Shown piece after piece: positions 39,742 through 50,072 of a DNA stretch of 64,000 nt. A program made the translations under genes and the position numbers. A model generated the notes under the pieces. The model saw nothing but the letters and a program-made list of their open reading frames with translations, was not told where the DNA came from and searched no databases. Source of the DNA: an uncultured Alphaproteobacteria bacterium (lineage in GTDB: Bacteria; Pseudomonadota; Alphaproteobacteria; Methylaequorales; Methylaequoraceae); NCBI GenBank assembly GCA_902595755.1, contig CACJRF010000002.1:10677-74676 (forward strand), given 5' to 3'. How positions within the stretch are numbered: the first letter of the stretch is position 1; the number at the start of each line of letters is the position of its first letter.

Positions 39742-40295
39742 TGAATAAAAAAATAAAAATATTAGTGCTATCACTATCGTACTTATTTTTTATATTTGTA
39801 TTATTTATATCATTTAATGCTGTAATTCCTGATAAAAAGTTACCCGTTATTGAAACAAAAAAACCAATGATAAAAAAAATTGAAAATGAGTTTATCAATG
39901 ACAAGGATTCAATATACGAAATTCTGAGAGACGATAGTAAAGTTAATAATAAAAAAGTAGAACATAATTTAATGAAAAAAAAATATCAAAAAAAGGCATT
40001 AGTTAATAAAATTGAAGTGCTGTCAAAAGAAGGAGAGGTTGGACTAGAAAATAAATATTTAGTTCAGTTTATGTCATTAAAAAGTTCTCATAAAAGTTTA
40101 TTAGCTAGTAATCAATTGGAAAAAAAACTAAAGGACGATAACTTTGATTTAAAACTTGTAGTCAAACCGAAACTTATTGGAGGAAAAAAGTTTTTTCGGG
40201 TTCTAACTGATAAATCTTTCTCATTCAATAGTGGTAAATTGTTATGCGACAAATTAAAAAAAAAAAAATATAAGTGTATTTTGATTAAGCTATGA
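39741..40295 (+). CDS. SPOR domain-containing membrane protein
   Basis: Start placed at ATG 39741 (MNKKIKILV.., 1-nt overlap with the argS stop). One TM segment. The C-terminal SPOR-like block is YLVQFMSLKS...FFRVLTD. Confidence 0.6.
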   Translation: MNKKIKILVLSLSYLFFIFVLFISFNAVIPDKKLPVIETKKPMIKKIENEFINDKDSIYEILRDDSKVNNKKVEHNLMKKKYQKKALVNKIEVLSKEGEVGLENKYLVQFMSLKSSHKSLLASNQLEKKLKDDNFDLKLVVKPKLIGGKKFFRVLTDKSFSFNSGKLLCDKLKKKKYKCILIKL

Positions 40296-41302
40296 GAACA
40301 CCAGATGGAATTATTCTCTCTTGTTCTTCTCTAGAACTCACTAAACAAGAGAGAGATTTTTTTAAGCAAACCTATCCATTAGGATTTGTATTATTTAAAA
40401 GAAATTATGTTAATAAAAATCAACTAAGAAAGTTAATTACTGATCTTAAAGAAATTACACTTAATAAAAATTTATTAATTTTTGTAGATCAAGAGGGTGG
40501 TAAAGTGCAAAGATTTGATGGTGAAGGTTTTACAAAATTCCCGGCCCAAAGAATGTTTGGTGATATTTATAAAACTAATAAAAAAAAGTCTTTAGATTTA
40601 GCTTACAAATCATCGTATTTAATGGGTATCGAGTTGAAGAGTATTGGAGTTGATGTTACCTTTTCCCCAGTTTGTGATATATTCTTTCCTGATGGTAACG
40701 ATGTTATTGGTTCTAGATCCTTTAGTGAAAATCCAGAAGCTGTTCTAAACCTTTCAAGAGAGTTTTGTAGGGGATTTAATGATTCAGATATTTATCCAGT
40801 GCTTAAACATTTCCCGGGACATGGAAGATCTAAATTTGATACTCATTTCAAAAAATCTATTGTAAAAAATAGTTTTGATGAAATAAAGAAATCTGATCTA
40901 GTCCCGTTTAAATTACTTGAGGAAGAAAAAATGGTGATGTTGGCTCATATTATTTATCAAAATATAGATAATAAAGTTGCAACTTATTCAGAGGTAATTA
41001 TTAAGAATATTTTAAGGGAATCATTATCTTTTAAAGGTTTGATTCTATCAGACGATCTGTCAATGAAGGCATTAAGTGGAGATATTATTTCTAAGGTCAA
41101 GAAAACATATAATGCTGGTTGTGATGTTATACTTTACTGTCATGGAAAACTAAATGAAATGTTGAGAATATATCCTTTTTCTAGAAAAATAGATGACGCA
41201 ATTTATAATTATTTTATTTCTAAAAAATCACAAAAATATTTTAATAATGATATCTTTAGAATAAGACAAGAATTAATTGAAAATAAGGTAATTGCAAAAT
41301 AA
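40292..41302 (+). CDS. nagZ: beta-N-acetylhexosaminidase (GH3, NagZ)
   Basis: 336 aa with DQEGGKVQRF, KHFPGHG and SDDLSM. Confidence 0.9.
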   Translation: MRTPDGIILSCSSLELTKQERDFFKQTYPLGFVLFKRNYVNKNQLRKLITDLKEITLNKNLLIFVDQEGGKVQRFDGEGFTKFPAQRMFGDIYKTNKKKSLDLAYKSSYLMGIELKSIGVDVTFSPVCDIFFPDGNDVIGSRSFSENPEAVLNLSREFCRGFNDSDIYPVLKHFPGHGRSKFDTHFKKSIVKNSFDEIKKSDLVPFKLLEEEKMVMLAHIIYQNIDNKVATYSEVIIKNILRESLSFKGLILSDDLSMKALSGDIISKVKKTYNAGCDVILYCHGKLNEMLRIYPFSRKIDDAIYNYFISKKSQKYFNNDIFRIRQELIENKVIAK

Positions 41303-42016
41303 ATGCATTTTAATTTAAATATTAGCGGTTATGAGGGGCCACTTGATCTTTTACTCGATCTTTCAAAAAAACAAAAAGTTGATATAAAAAAGATTTCAAT
41401 TTTGGAATTAGCTAATCAATATTTAGATTTCATCAATAAAAATTTGGATAATCTTAAATTATCAGCCGATTATCTTGTAATGGCATCCTTTCTAGCTTTT
41501 TTGAAATCAAAACTTTTACTACCTGATGAAAAAGAAGAGGTTGAACTTCTTGAAGAAGATTTGTCAAATAGACTTATTCACTATAATGCGATTAAAACCT
41601 TAACTAAGAAAATATTTAAATTACCTCAAGAAGGTAATGATTTTATTAGTGTTAGAATAAATAATGAGTTTAAAATTAGTAACAAAATAGTTCCAGAGGC
41701 CTCACTTCAAGATTTAATACTTAAATACTCTGAAATCACTAAGAAAAAAAATACAATGAAGGTCTTAATTGATGAATTAGAGCAGTTTACTATTGAGGAT
41801 GGACTTAGTTGGATTAAGAATTTTTTAAATGTTGATAATACTTCTTGGCTTAGTCTATTTTCTTTTTTACCTAAAAAGAATTTAAATGATAAAAATAAAA
41901 AGTCAGCAATTCTTGCTTTATTTCAAGCCTCATTAGATCAAGCAAACCAAGGTGAAATAGAAATAAATCAAAATTCTCATTTTCAAAAAATTATGGTAAA
42001 GTCTAAAAATGGATGA
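41303..42016 (+). CDS. scpA: segregation and condensation protein A
   Basis: 237 aa. N-terminus F.GPLDLLL.L..K.KVDI is typical of ScpA. Followed by scpB. Confidence 0.85.
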   Translation: MHFNLNISGYEGPLDLLLDLSKKQKVDIKKISILELANQYLDFINKNLDNLKLSADYLVMASFLAFLKSKLLLPDEKEEVELLEEDLSNRLIHYNAIKTLTKKIFKLPQEGNDFISVRINNEFKISNKIVPEASLQDLILKYSEITKKKNTMKVLIDELEQFTIEDGLSWIKNFLNVDNTSWLSLFSFLPKKNLNDKNKKSAILALFQASLDQANQGEIEINQNSHFQKIMVKSKNG

Positions 42017-42533
42017 AAAACAAGCAAAAAATCTTGTAGAAGCTTTAATTTTTTCTGCAGAAGAACCACTATCTATAGAAAGTATTAGAAAAATATTGTC
42101 GAGTTATGGTAAGTTTAATTTAGAAAAATTAATTGATGGCCTTGAAAATGATTATAAAAGTAGAGGTATAAACCTCCACTCTATAGAAAAAAAAAACTAC
42201 TATTTTAGAACCTCTGAAGATTTAGGAGTTTTTCTAAATATACAAACCAAAAAAACTAGAAATTTATCTCAAGCAGCAATGGAAACTCTTGCAATAATTT
42301 CCTATCATCAACCAGTTACAAGGGCTGAAATAGAGAAAATTAGAGGGAAACCAGTTTTTAGAGGAACATTAGATAACTTACTCTCGCTGAAATGGATTAA
42401 GCCTGCAGGAAGAAGAGAAACTCCTGGGAGACCAGTGACTTGGGTAACAGATTTAGAGTTCCTTAAACACTTTGGTTTATCTTCAATAAAAGATTTACCA
42501 AAAGTGGATGAATTAGAATCAATTATTATGTAA
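42009..42533 (+). CDS. scpB: segregation and condensation protein B
   Basis: 174 aa with EALIF...EPL, the winged-helix block AA.ETLAIISY.QPVTRAEIE.IRG and GRP.T..T. Confidence 0.85.
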   Translation: MDEKQAKNLVEALIFSAEEPLSIESIRKILSSYGKFNLEKLIDGLENDYKSRGINLHSIEKKNYYFRTSEDLGVFLNIQTKKTRNLSQAAMETLAIISYHQPVTRAEIEKIRGKPVFRGTLDNLLSLKWIKPAGRRETPGRPVTWVTDLEFLKHFGLSSIKDLPKVDELESIIM

Positions 42534-42552
42534 TGTATTATAAGGAGTTTAT

Positions 42553-42711
42553 ATGTTTGGTTTAGGTCATTGGGAAATCATTCTCATATTAGTAATTATC
42601 TTAATTGTTTTTGGGGCTGGGAAGCTTCCAAAAGTTGCAGGTGAGATTGCAAAAGGGATAAAATCTTTTAAAGAAGGTTTAAAGGATGATAATAAAATCG
42701 ATAAAAAGTAA
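42553..42711 (+). CDS. tatA: twin-arginine translocase subunit TatA
   Basis: Hand-translated 52-aa ORF, below the track cutoff: MFGLGHWEIILILVIILIVFGAGKLPKVAGEIAKGIKSFKEGLKDDNKIDKK. Canonical TatA TM segment plus amphipathic helix (FG..KLP). An AGGAG sequence lies upstream. Confidence 0.9.
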   Translation: MFGLGHWEIILILVIILIVFGAGKLPKVAGEIAKGIKSFKEGLKDDNKIDKK

Positions 42712-42965
42712 TGTTTAATATTGGTATAATTGAACTTCTAATTATAGTATTTTTTGTTGTCCTTTTTGTAAAACCTAAGGATTTACCTATAATAATTAAG
42801 AATACAGGATTATTCTTCAGAAAGATAGAGAGATATTTCAATAATCTCAAATATGAGATTTCTGATATTGAAACAAGCATTGAAAATACTGACCAGAAAA
42901 TAAGACATAAAAAGAATGAAGTACATAGACCACTTAAAAGAATTAAGAAAAAGGATACTTCTTAG
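42711..42965 (+). CDS. tatB: twin-arginine translocase subunit TatB
   Basis: 84 aa. MFNIGIIELLIIVFFVVLFVKPKDLP is a TatA/B-family N-terminus. 1-nt overlap with the tatA stop. Confidence 0.8.
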   Translation: MFNIGIIELLIIVFFVVLFVKPKDLPIIIKNTGLFFRKIERYFNNLKYEISDIETSIENTDQKIRHKKNEVHRPLKRIKKKDTS

Positions 42966-43641
42966 TTTTTTTGTCCTAATAGTTTCATTTTGTATTTTTC
43001 TATACTATGCATCTTTTGTCGGAGAGATTTTGTCTAAACCGCTATTTGATCTTTTTGATGACTCAGATAAAAAGAGAATGATATTTACTGCTCTACCTGA
43101 AGTTTTTGTTTCAAATTTAAAAATTGCACTTTTTTCAGCATTTTTAACTTCATTTCCCTTTTTAATATCACAAGTAGTACTATTTATTTATCCAGCTTTA
43201 TACAAAAAAGAAAAAAAAATCTTTATTCCTACTTTTTTTTTAATACCAGTTCTTTTTATTTGTGGTATCCTCTTTGCCTATTTTTTTTTGATTCCTATAA
43301 TTTGGGATTTTTTTCTATCTTTTGAAAATTTTCTTCAGGGTTCAGTTCCAGTTGAATTGGAATCAAAATATTCAGAGTATATGAAGCTCACTATGTATTT
43401 ATTATTTGCTAGTGGCTTGTCTTTTGAATTTCCAATTTTATTATTTGTTCTTTCAAAAGTAGGAATTGTAGATTACGAAACATTAAAAACTAAAAGAAAA
43501 TATTTCTTCATTGGTATTATAGTATTTTCAGCTATTTTTACACCACCAGATGTAATCTCTCAGATTGGAATTGCCATACCACTAATAATATTCTATGAAT
43601 TTTCAATATTATTAATAAAATTAACCAAAAAAAATAACTAA
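42916..43641 (+). CDS. tatC: twin-arginine translocase subunit TatC
   Basis: 241 aa. HL.ELRKR at the N-terminus, 6 TM segments, PPD..SQ. Confidence 0.9.
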   Translation: MKYIDHLKELRKRILLSFFVLIVSFCIFLYYASFVGEILSKPLFDLFDDSDKKRMIFTALPEVFVSNLKIALFSAFLTSFPFLISQVVLFIYPALYKKEKKIFIPTFFLIPVLFICGILFAYFFLIPIIWDFFLSFENFLQGSVPVELESKYSEYMKLTMYLLFASGLSFEFPILLFVLSKVGIVDYETLKTKRKYFFIGIIVFSAIFTPPDVISQIGIAIPLIIFYEFSILLIKLTKKNN

Positions 43642-44897
43642 TGCACGATATAAAATATATTAAAAATAACATAAAAGCTTTTGATGATGCTATTTGCAAA
43701 AGAGGTGGAGTTCCTTGTGCAAAAAAGCTTTTAGAAAAACACAATGAATACCTTTCTTTTCTTAATAAAAAACAAGAATTACAAGAAAAAAGAAATTTAA
43801 TTACTAAATCTTTCAAAGATAGTACCGACACAGAAAAAATAAAAAAACAAGTACAAGAAATAAAAAAAGAAATTGATGAGGTATCTCTGTCTTCAGAAAA
43901 AATATATGAAGAACTTCACCATGAGTTATTATTAATTCCAAATATTTTAGATGCAAAAGTTCCTGAAGGTTTAAACGAAAATGATAATAAAATTATTAAA
44001 GAATACGGTCAAATAAAAGATAAAGATTTTAAAACACTTGACCATGTAAAGTTAATGGAAAATAAAGGCCTATTGAATTATAATGAAGCAATTAAATTAT
44101 CTGGTAGTAGATTTTCTGTATTAAAAAGCGATCTTGCATGTCTTAATAGAGCACTAGTAAATTTTTTTATTGATCATAATGTTTTAGAATTTGGGTATAT
44201 AGAATATGTTATTCCTGAACTGGTAAAAAGTTCGAGTCTAGAAGGTACAGGTCAGCTTCCGAAATTCAAAGATGATTTATTTCAAACAAATTTTAATGAC
44301 CTTTGGCTTATTCCAACTGCTGAAGTCCCTCTTACAAATTTAAATAGAGATACGATACTTAAAGCTAATGAATTACCATTAAGATATACATCATTTACAA
44401 ACTGCTTTAGATCAGAAGCTGGAGCATCTGGAAAAGATACAAAAGGCTTAATGAGAGAACATCAGTTTGGTAAAGTAGAAATAGTCTCAATTACACATCC
44501 TGATAAATCAATAACTGAATTTGATCGGATGATTTCATGTGTAGAGTCAATACTAAAAAAACTTGATTTACCATATAGATTGGTAGAATTATGTTCAGGT
44601 GATTTAGGTTTTTCTTCAACGTATACAATTGATTTTGAAATTTGGATGCCAGGACAAAATCAATTTAGGGAAGTTTCAAGTTGCTCTAACTGTAAAGAAT
44701 TTCAATCTAGAAGAATGAAGATGAGGGTTAAGGATGAAAAAACGAGTCAAATTTATTACCCTCATACTTTAAATAGTTCAGCTGTTGCTGTAGGCAGAAT
44801 AATTGTAGCCATTTTAGAAAATTTTCAAAATGAGGATAGGAGTATTGAAATACCTGAAATATTACGAGGATATATGAATGGGAAAAAAAAATTCTGA
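43641..44897 (+). CDS. serS: serine--tRNA ligase
   Basis: 418 aa. N-terminal coiled-coil arm and class II motifs (FRSEAGASGKDTKGLMREHQF.KVE). Confidence 0.95.
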   Translation: MHDIKYIKNNIKAFDDAICKRGGVPCAKKLLEKHNEYLSFLNKKQELQEKRNLITKSFKDSTDTEKIKKQVQEIKKEIDEVSLSSEKIYEELHHELLLIPNILDAKVPEGLNENDNKIIKEYGQIKDKDFKTLDHVKLMENKGLLNYNEAIKLSGSRFSVLKSDLACLNRALVNFFIDHNVLEFGYIEYVIPELVKSSSLEGTGQLPKFKDDLFQTNFNDLWLIPTAEVPLTNLNRDTILKANELPLRYTSFTNCFRSEAGASGKDTKGLMREHQFGKVEIVSITHPDKSITEFDRMISCVESILKKLDLPYRLVELCSGDLGFSSTYTIDFEIWMPGQNQFREVSSCSNCKEFQSRRMKMRVKDEKTSQIYYPHTLNSSAVAVGRIIVAILENFQNEDRSIEIPEILRGYMNGKKKF

Positions 44898-45549
44898 TAT
44901 GAAATTTAATTCAAATTCAAATGAAAATAAAGTAAGTCTTATTCTTGATTTAAGAAAAAATGGTATTAATAATCCTGAAATTCTTAGAGTAATTGAACAG
45001 ATTGACAGAAGTTACTTTGTTGATTCCCATCTGTATGATAAGTCTAATCTAAATACAGCACTACCAATAGATTGTGGACAAACAATTTCTCAACCTTTAA
45101 TAGTTGCATTGATGACACAACACTTGGAAGTCAAAAGCAATATGAGAGTTCTAGAGGTAGGAACGGGTAGTGGCTATCAGACACTGGTTTTATCTAAGAT
45201 AGCTAAGTTTGTGTATACCATAGAAAGATATAAAACCTTGCATCAAAAGGCCAAAGAACTGCTTAAAATAATCAAAGCAAAAAATATTTTTTTTAGGCAT
45301 AGTGATGGTGGTCTCGGTTGGATTGAACAAGCACCTTTTGATAGAATTATAGTTACTGCTTGTGCATTTGAAATTCCAAATCATTTGTTAGAGCAGTTAG
45401 ATGAAGGGGGTATAATGATTGTTCCAGTAGGAGAAGTTCATGAAGAACAAGTTCTAAAAAAAGTTAAAAAGAATAAGGGAAAAATTTATGTTGAAAATCT
45501 TGAAAAGGTAAGGTTTGTACCTCTTTTAGAAGGCGTTGAAAAGCAATGA
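44878..45549 (+). CDS. pcm: protein-L-isoaspartate O-methyltransferase
   Basis: 223 aa with GQTISQP and VLEVGTGSGYQT. The true start may be the Met at 44899, just after the serS stop. Confidence 0.9.
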   Translation: MGKKNSDMKFNSNSNENKVSLILDLRKNGINNPEILRVIEQIDRSYFVDSHLYDKSNLNTALPIDCGQTISQPLIVALMTQHLEVKSNMRVLEVGTGSGYQTLVLSKIAKFVYTIERYKTLHQKAKELLKIIKAKNIFFRHSDGGLGWIEQAPFDRIIVTACAFEIPNHLLEQLDEGGIMIVPVGEVHEEQVLKKVKKNKGKIYVENLEKVRFVPLLEGVEKQ

Positions 45550-46436
45550 AATTAATTTTATTAATTCTATTTTTACTATCAAGCTGTGAGAGTCTGATTT
45601 ACAGCAATTATAAAATTATTAATAATAAAAAATTAAATTTAAATACATATGAGGTTAGAAGGGGAGATAATCTTTATTCAATTTCAAGGAAACTAAATCT
45701 TTCAATAAGTTCTTTGATTAAACTAAATAAAATAGCTCCCCCATACAAAATTTTTCCTAAACAAAATTTAATCTTACCTAAACAAAGTTTTCATAAAGTA
45801 AAAAAGGGTGAAACTCTTTATTCTATATCTAGGCGATACAAAACCGATGTATATTCTATTTCAAAACTTAATAATTTAAAAAATATTAATTCCATAAATG
45901 AAGGTCAGGCACTGAAAATATATGGAGATATAAAAAATGAAACTAAAAATAATTATAGAAGTAATGTTAATAAGGCTAAAATTAAAAAAACTGACTCTAA
46001 AAAAAAATCACTTAAATCCGTTGAAAAAACAACTCTCAATTTCAAACAAACTGTTAGTAAAAATTCTAAATTTATATGGCCTGTCAAAGGAAAGCTTATT
46101 TCAAAATATGGAAAATCTAGTGATGGCTTCTTTAATGATGGTATAAATATAAACTCTAAATTAAATCAAAAAGTTGGCGCATCTAATGATGGCGTTGTAA
46201 TTTATAGTGGAAACGAGATTCCAGGATATGGAAATCTTGTTCTAATAAAACATTCACAAAATTGGATTACGGCTTATGCACATCTTGGTGAAGTTTCTAT
46301 AGAAAAGGGTGATAAAGTTAAGAAAGGACAAATTATTGGGCTTGTTGGAAAAACTGGTAATGTTAGAAAACCTCAACTACATTTTGAACTTAGAAAAGGT
46401 AAAGATGCGGTAAACCCCCTTAATTATTTATCCTAA
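45546..46436 (+). CDS. nlpD: LysM + M23 peptidase lipoprotein (NlpD-like)
   Basis: 296 aa. Lipobox LLSSC, two LysM repeats (Y.V..GD.LYSISR), and M23 blocks GYGNLVLIKH and QLHFELRKG. Confidence 0.85.
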   Translation: MKLILLILFLLSSCESLIYSNYKIINNKKLNLNTYEVRRGDNLYSISRKLNLSISSLIKLNKIAPPYKIFPKQNLILPKQSFHKVKKGETLYSISRRYKTDVYSISKLNNLKNINSINEGQALKIYGDIKNETKNNYRSNVNKAKIKKTDSKKKSLKSVEKTTLNFKQTVSKNSKFIWPVKGKLISKYGKSSDGFFNDGININSKLNQKVGASNDGVVIYSGNEIPGYGNLVLIKHSQNWITAYAHLGEVSIEKGDKVKKGQIIGLVGKTGNVRKPQLHFELRKGKDAVNPLNYLS

Positions 46437-47209
46437 GGCTCATTAAGTAAATAATTCTTAGCGAATTGTAATGCGGTTCTTCCAGAAAAATTACCTTTTT
46501 GAATTGACCACTGAATAGCTAATTTTTCAGTTTTTTCAGTTGCTTTAATTGAAAATTTATGTAGATAAAAATTTACAACATTAAGATATTTTTCTTGATC
46601 AAAATCATAAAAGCTAATTTTACATCCAAAACGATCGACAAGAGACAGGTTATTTTCTCTAATTTCACGAATTTCTAAATCATTTAGATTTTTTTGATCA
46701 TCAGAATTTATTGATAAATTCCTTAAATTTGAAGTAACAAAAAACTTTATATTTTGTGAAGAACTCAAAATACTTCCTTCAATTAAACTTTTAAAGTATT
46801 TAAAATTATCATCTAATTTATTGAAATTTATATCGTCAATAAAAAGGATAAATTTATAATCATAGTTACTTAAAATGAAACATAAATCAGCAAGAAAGTC
46901 TAAATTTAGACTAAAAACTTCAATCAATTTTATTTTTTTTCTCTCCATACTTACTTTTTTAACAGCAAGTTTAATTAGTGTGGATTTGCCACATCCTTTT
47001 GCTCCCCAAAGTAAAGTATGTTCACAAATATCATTCATAGCAAATGAATTAATATTATTTAATAGTATTTTTTTTTGATTTTCTAGATTCATGAGTTCTT
47101 CATATTTAACGCTGGAATTAAATTTCACTGGAACAATTTTTTGTTCTTTTGGCAATAATGCAAAAAATGTTGAATTTTTAAAAATATTTTTATTCTCAAT
47201 TAATTTCAT
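46433..47209 (-). CDS. P-loop ATPase (DUF815-type AAA-like protein)
   Basis: 258 aa with Walker A LLWGAKGCGKSTLIK and Walker B-like FILFIDDI. Lies in the position upstream of and divergent from yajC that is seen in alphaproteobacteria. Confidence 0.6.
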   Translation of the reverse strand: MKLIENKNIFKNSTFFALLPKEQKIVPVKFNSSVKYEELMNLENQKKILLNNINSFAMNDICEHTLLWGAKGCGKSTLIKLAVKKVSMERKKIKLIEVFSLNLDFLADLCFILSNYDYKFILFIDDINFNKLDDNFKYFKSLIEGSILSSSQNIKFFVTSNLRNLSINSDDQKNLNDLEIREIRENNLSLVDRFGCKISFYDFDQEKYLNVVNFYLHKFSIKATEKTEKLAIQWSIQKGNFSGRTALQFAKNYLLNEP

Positions 47210-47307
47210 AGTTTGTTATATAAAATTTATTTATACTTGTATTTCTTAAGATTTTATATATTGATTTGATTGTATTAATTTGTAAACATTTTTTTTAGGT
47301 GAATTCT

Positions 47308-47610
47308 ATGTTTAATTTTGCATATGCTCAAGCTGCGAATCAACAGCCATCAATGTTAGCTTCGTTTGTACCGCTAATACTTATTTTCTTAATATTTTAT
47401 TTCCTTTTGATTAGACCCCAACAAAAAAGACAAAAGGAACATAAAATCTTGCTAGAATCTATAAAAAGAAATGATGAAATAATGACTAGTGGTGGTATTT
47501 TGGGTAGAGTATTAAAAGTAGATGGCGATAAGCTTAGCGTTGAAATAGCTAAAGGGGTAAACGTAACTGTTATGAGGTCAACAGTAGCAGATGTAATAAA
47601 TAAAAAGTAG
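47308..47610 (+). CDS. yajC: preprotein translocase subunit YajC
   Basis: L.P.ILIF.IFYFL.IRPQQKR.KEH.. is the canonical YajC block. ATG at 47308 is preferred over the track's GTG at 47299. Confidence 0.9.
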   Translation: MFNFAYAQAANQQPSMLASFVPLILIFLIFYFLLIRPQQKRQKEHKILLESIKRNDEIMTSGGILGRVLKVDGDKLSVEIAKGVNVTVMRSTVADVINKK

Positions 47611-47616
47611 TTTGAA

Positions 47617-49194
47617 ATGCTCAATATTAGTAAGTGGAGTTTATTTTTTGTTTTTTCAGTTTGCTTGTTAGGGCTTTATTATATTTTTCCAAATTTTTAT
47701 GGAAAAAGTGAAGTTACAGCTCTACCATCCTTCTTATCAAAAAAACAAGTTAACCTCGGCCTAGACCTTCAAGGTGGCTCTCATTTACTTCTTGAAGTAG
47801 AAACAAACAATGTTCTTAAGGAGGAATCCGAAAATCTGGTTGATGAAATAAGATCTTTTTTGAGAAAATCAAAAATAAAATATACAAATTTAGGTTCTAA
47901 AATAAAAGGGGCGATTGTAACTATCAAAGAACTTGAAAAAGTAGATTTTATAAAAAAAGAAATTAAGAAAAATATTAATAAAGATATAATGATTAATAGC
48001 GATAAAAATAAAATAACTTTTTTATTTTCAGAAAAATTTATACTGGAATCAAGAAATAGAACTGTCGAACAATCCATTGAAGTTGTCAGAAAAAGAGTTG
48101 ATGAATCTGGTACTAAAGAACCAACAATTCAAAAACAAGGTGAAGAAAGAATTATTGTTCAACTTCCTGGTGTTAAGGATCCAGAGAGAATAAAAACATT
48201 GATAGGAAGAACTGCAAAACTAAATTTTCATATGCTAGATCCAACAACCGTTGAGTTGGCAGAACAAAGAGGTAAATTTCCACCTGGAACTTTTAAGGTT
48301 CAAAATTCTGATCCAACTGCTTATGAAAAAGAATTTATTGTAAAAAAAAGAGTTTTATTAACAGGCGACAGGCTTAAAAATGCCGCTGCTACTGTTGACC
48401 CACAGACTGGCAGGTACGTTGTTGCTTTTGAATTTGACACCAAAGGTGCAAAAAAGTTTGCAAAAATTACTACTGAAAATACATATCAAAGACTTGCTAT
48501 ACTTTTAGATAACAAAGTAGTAAGTGCTCCACAAATTAGGGAGCCAATAACTGGCGGGCAAGGTAATATTAGCGGTAACTTTTCAGCTAATGCAGCTAAC
48601 GATTTGGCAGTTTTATTAAGAGCAGGTTCGTTACCAGCACCTATCAAGGTTCTTGAAGAAAGAACTGTGGGTCCAAGTTTAGGATTCGATTCCATAGAAG
48701 CTGGAAAAAAAGCATTAATGATTGGTTTTATTTTAGTAATAATATTTATGATATTGAAATATAAAGTATTTGGGATAGTGGCAGACATTGCTATAATAAT
48801 TAATGTAATCCTTTTAGTATCAATGCTTAGTGCAATTGAAGCAACTTTAACAATGCCAGGAATTGCAGGTATTGTTCTAACAGTAGGGATGGCTGTAGAT
48901 GCTAATGTTTTAGTTTTTGAGAGAATTAAAGAAGAACTAAGATCAGGAAGATCTATTATAAATTCTATTGATCTTGGTTATAAATATGCCTTAAAAACGA
49001 TTATAGATGCTAATTTTACAACTCTAATAGCAGCGCTACTTTTATTCAATTATGGCTCAGGACCAATTAAAGGTTTTGCAGTTACTTTAAGTATTGGAAT
49101 ATTAACCTCAATGTTTTCAGCTTTAATACTTACAAAAATGGTTGTGAGTTTTTGGGTGTTAAAGTTTAAACCAAATAAAATTTATATAAATTAG
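47617..49194 (+). CDS. secD: protein translocase subunit SecD
   Basis: 525 aa with LGLDLQGG and the C-terminal 6-TM SecD/F domain. Confidence 0.95.
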   Translation: MLNISKWSLFFVFSVCLLGLYYIFPNFYGKSEVTALPSFLSKKQVNLGLDLQGGSHLLLEVETNNVLKEESENLVDEIRSFLRKSKIKYTNLGSKIKGAIVTIKELEKVDFIKKEIKKNINKDIMINSDKNKITFLFSEKFILESRNRTVEQSIEVVRKRVDESGTKEPTIQKQGEERIIVQLPGVKDPERIKTLIGRTAKLNFHMLDPTTVELAEQRGKFPPGTFKVQNSDPTAYEKEFIVKKRVLLTGDRLKNAAATVDPQTGRYVVAFEFDTKGAKKFAKITTENTYQRLAILLDNKVVSAPQIREPITGGQGNISGNFSANAANDLAVLLRAGSLPAPIKVLEERTVGPSLGFDSIEAGKKALMIGFILVIIFMILKYKVFGIVADIAIIINVILLVSMLSAIEATLTMPGIAGIVLTVGMAVDANVLVFERIKEELRSGRSIINSIDLGYKYALKTIIDANFTTLIAALLLFNYGSGPIKGFAVTLSIGILTSMFSALILTKMVVSFWVLKFKPNKIYIN

Positions 49195-49195
49195 T

Positions 49196-50065
49196 ATGAT
49201 TATAAATTTTTTTAAATATAGATATATTGCTTTTGGATTTTCAATAATACTTTTGTTATTGTCGGTAACTCTTTTTATCTATAAAAACTTGAATTTAGGA
49301 ATAGACTTCAAGGGCGGTATAATGATTGAAGCTAAATTTGATACCACACCGAATATTTCATCATTAAGACAGAAAATTGATAACTTAAATATTGGTAATT
49401 CTGAGATACAGGAATTTGGAGATCCTCAAATCATTTTATTTAAGTTAGAGAGTAATTCTAAGGATGGCCAGGAGAATAATTCAATTATTGAACAGTTTAA
49501 GAAATCAATTGGAGAAAATGTAGATTATAGAAGAATTGAATTTGTTGGTCCAAAAGTTGGAAGTGAATTAAAGATGATAGCAATAAAGGCTATTCTATTT
49601 TCCTTGATAGCAATGTTTATATATATTTGGTTTCGTTTTTCTGGCTGGCAATTTGGTTTGGGTGCTTTAATAGCATTATTCCATGATGTAATTTCAACTT
49701 TAGGTTTCTTTTCAATTTCACAAATTGAATTTAACTTGGCATCAATAGCGGCTATATTGACAATTGCAGGTTACTCTATAAATGATACGGTGGTTGTTTT
49801 TGACAGGATAAGAGAAAATTTGGTTAAATCAGATTTAGAATTGTCAAATTTACTGAACAAATCAATTAATCAGACTCTATCAAGAACTTTTATGACGTCG
49901 GTTACAACTCTTTTAGCACTTTTAGCTTTATATGTATTTGGTGGTGAAGTAATTAAAGGATTCGTCTCAGCAATGATATGGGGTGTTCTCATTGGGACTT
50001 ATTCATCCATTTTTATAGCTTCACCACTTATAGTATTATTTGGTTTTAAATATAATACGAAATAA
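49196..50065 (+). CDS. secF: protein translocase subunit SecF
   Basis: 289 aa with GIDFKGG and the block AILTIAGYSINDTVVVFDRIRE. Confidence 0.95.
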   Translation: MIINFFKYRYIAFGFSIILLLLSVTLFIYKNLNLGIDFKGGIMIEAKFDTTPNISSLRQKIDNLNIGNSEIQEFGDPQIILFKLESNSKDGQENNSIIEQFKKSIGENVDYRRIEFVGPKVGSELKMIAIKAILFSLIAMFIYIWFRFSGWQFGLGALIALFHDVISTLGFFSISQIEFNLASIAAILTIAGYSINDTVVVFDRIRENLVKSDLELSNLLNKSINQTLSRTFMTSVTTLLALLALYVFGGEVIKGFVSAMIWGVLIGTYSSIFIASPLIVLFGFKYNTK

Positions 50066-50072
50066 TACATTA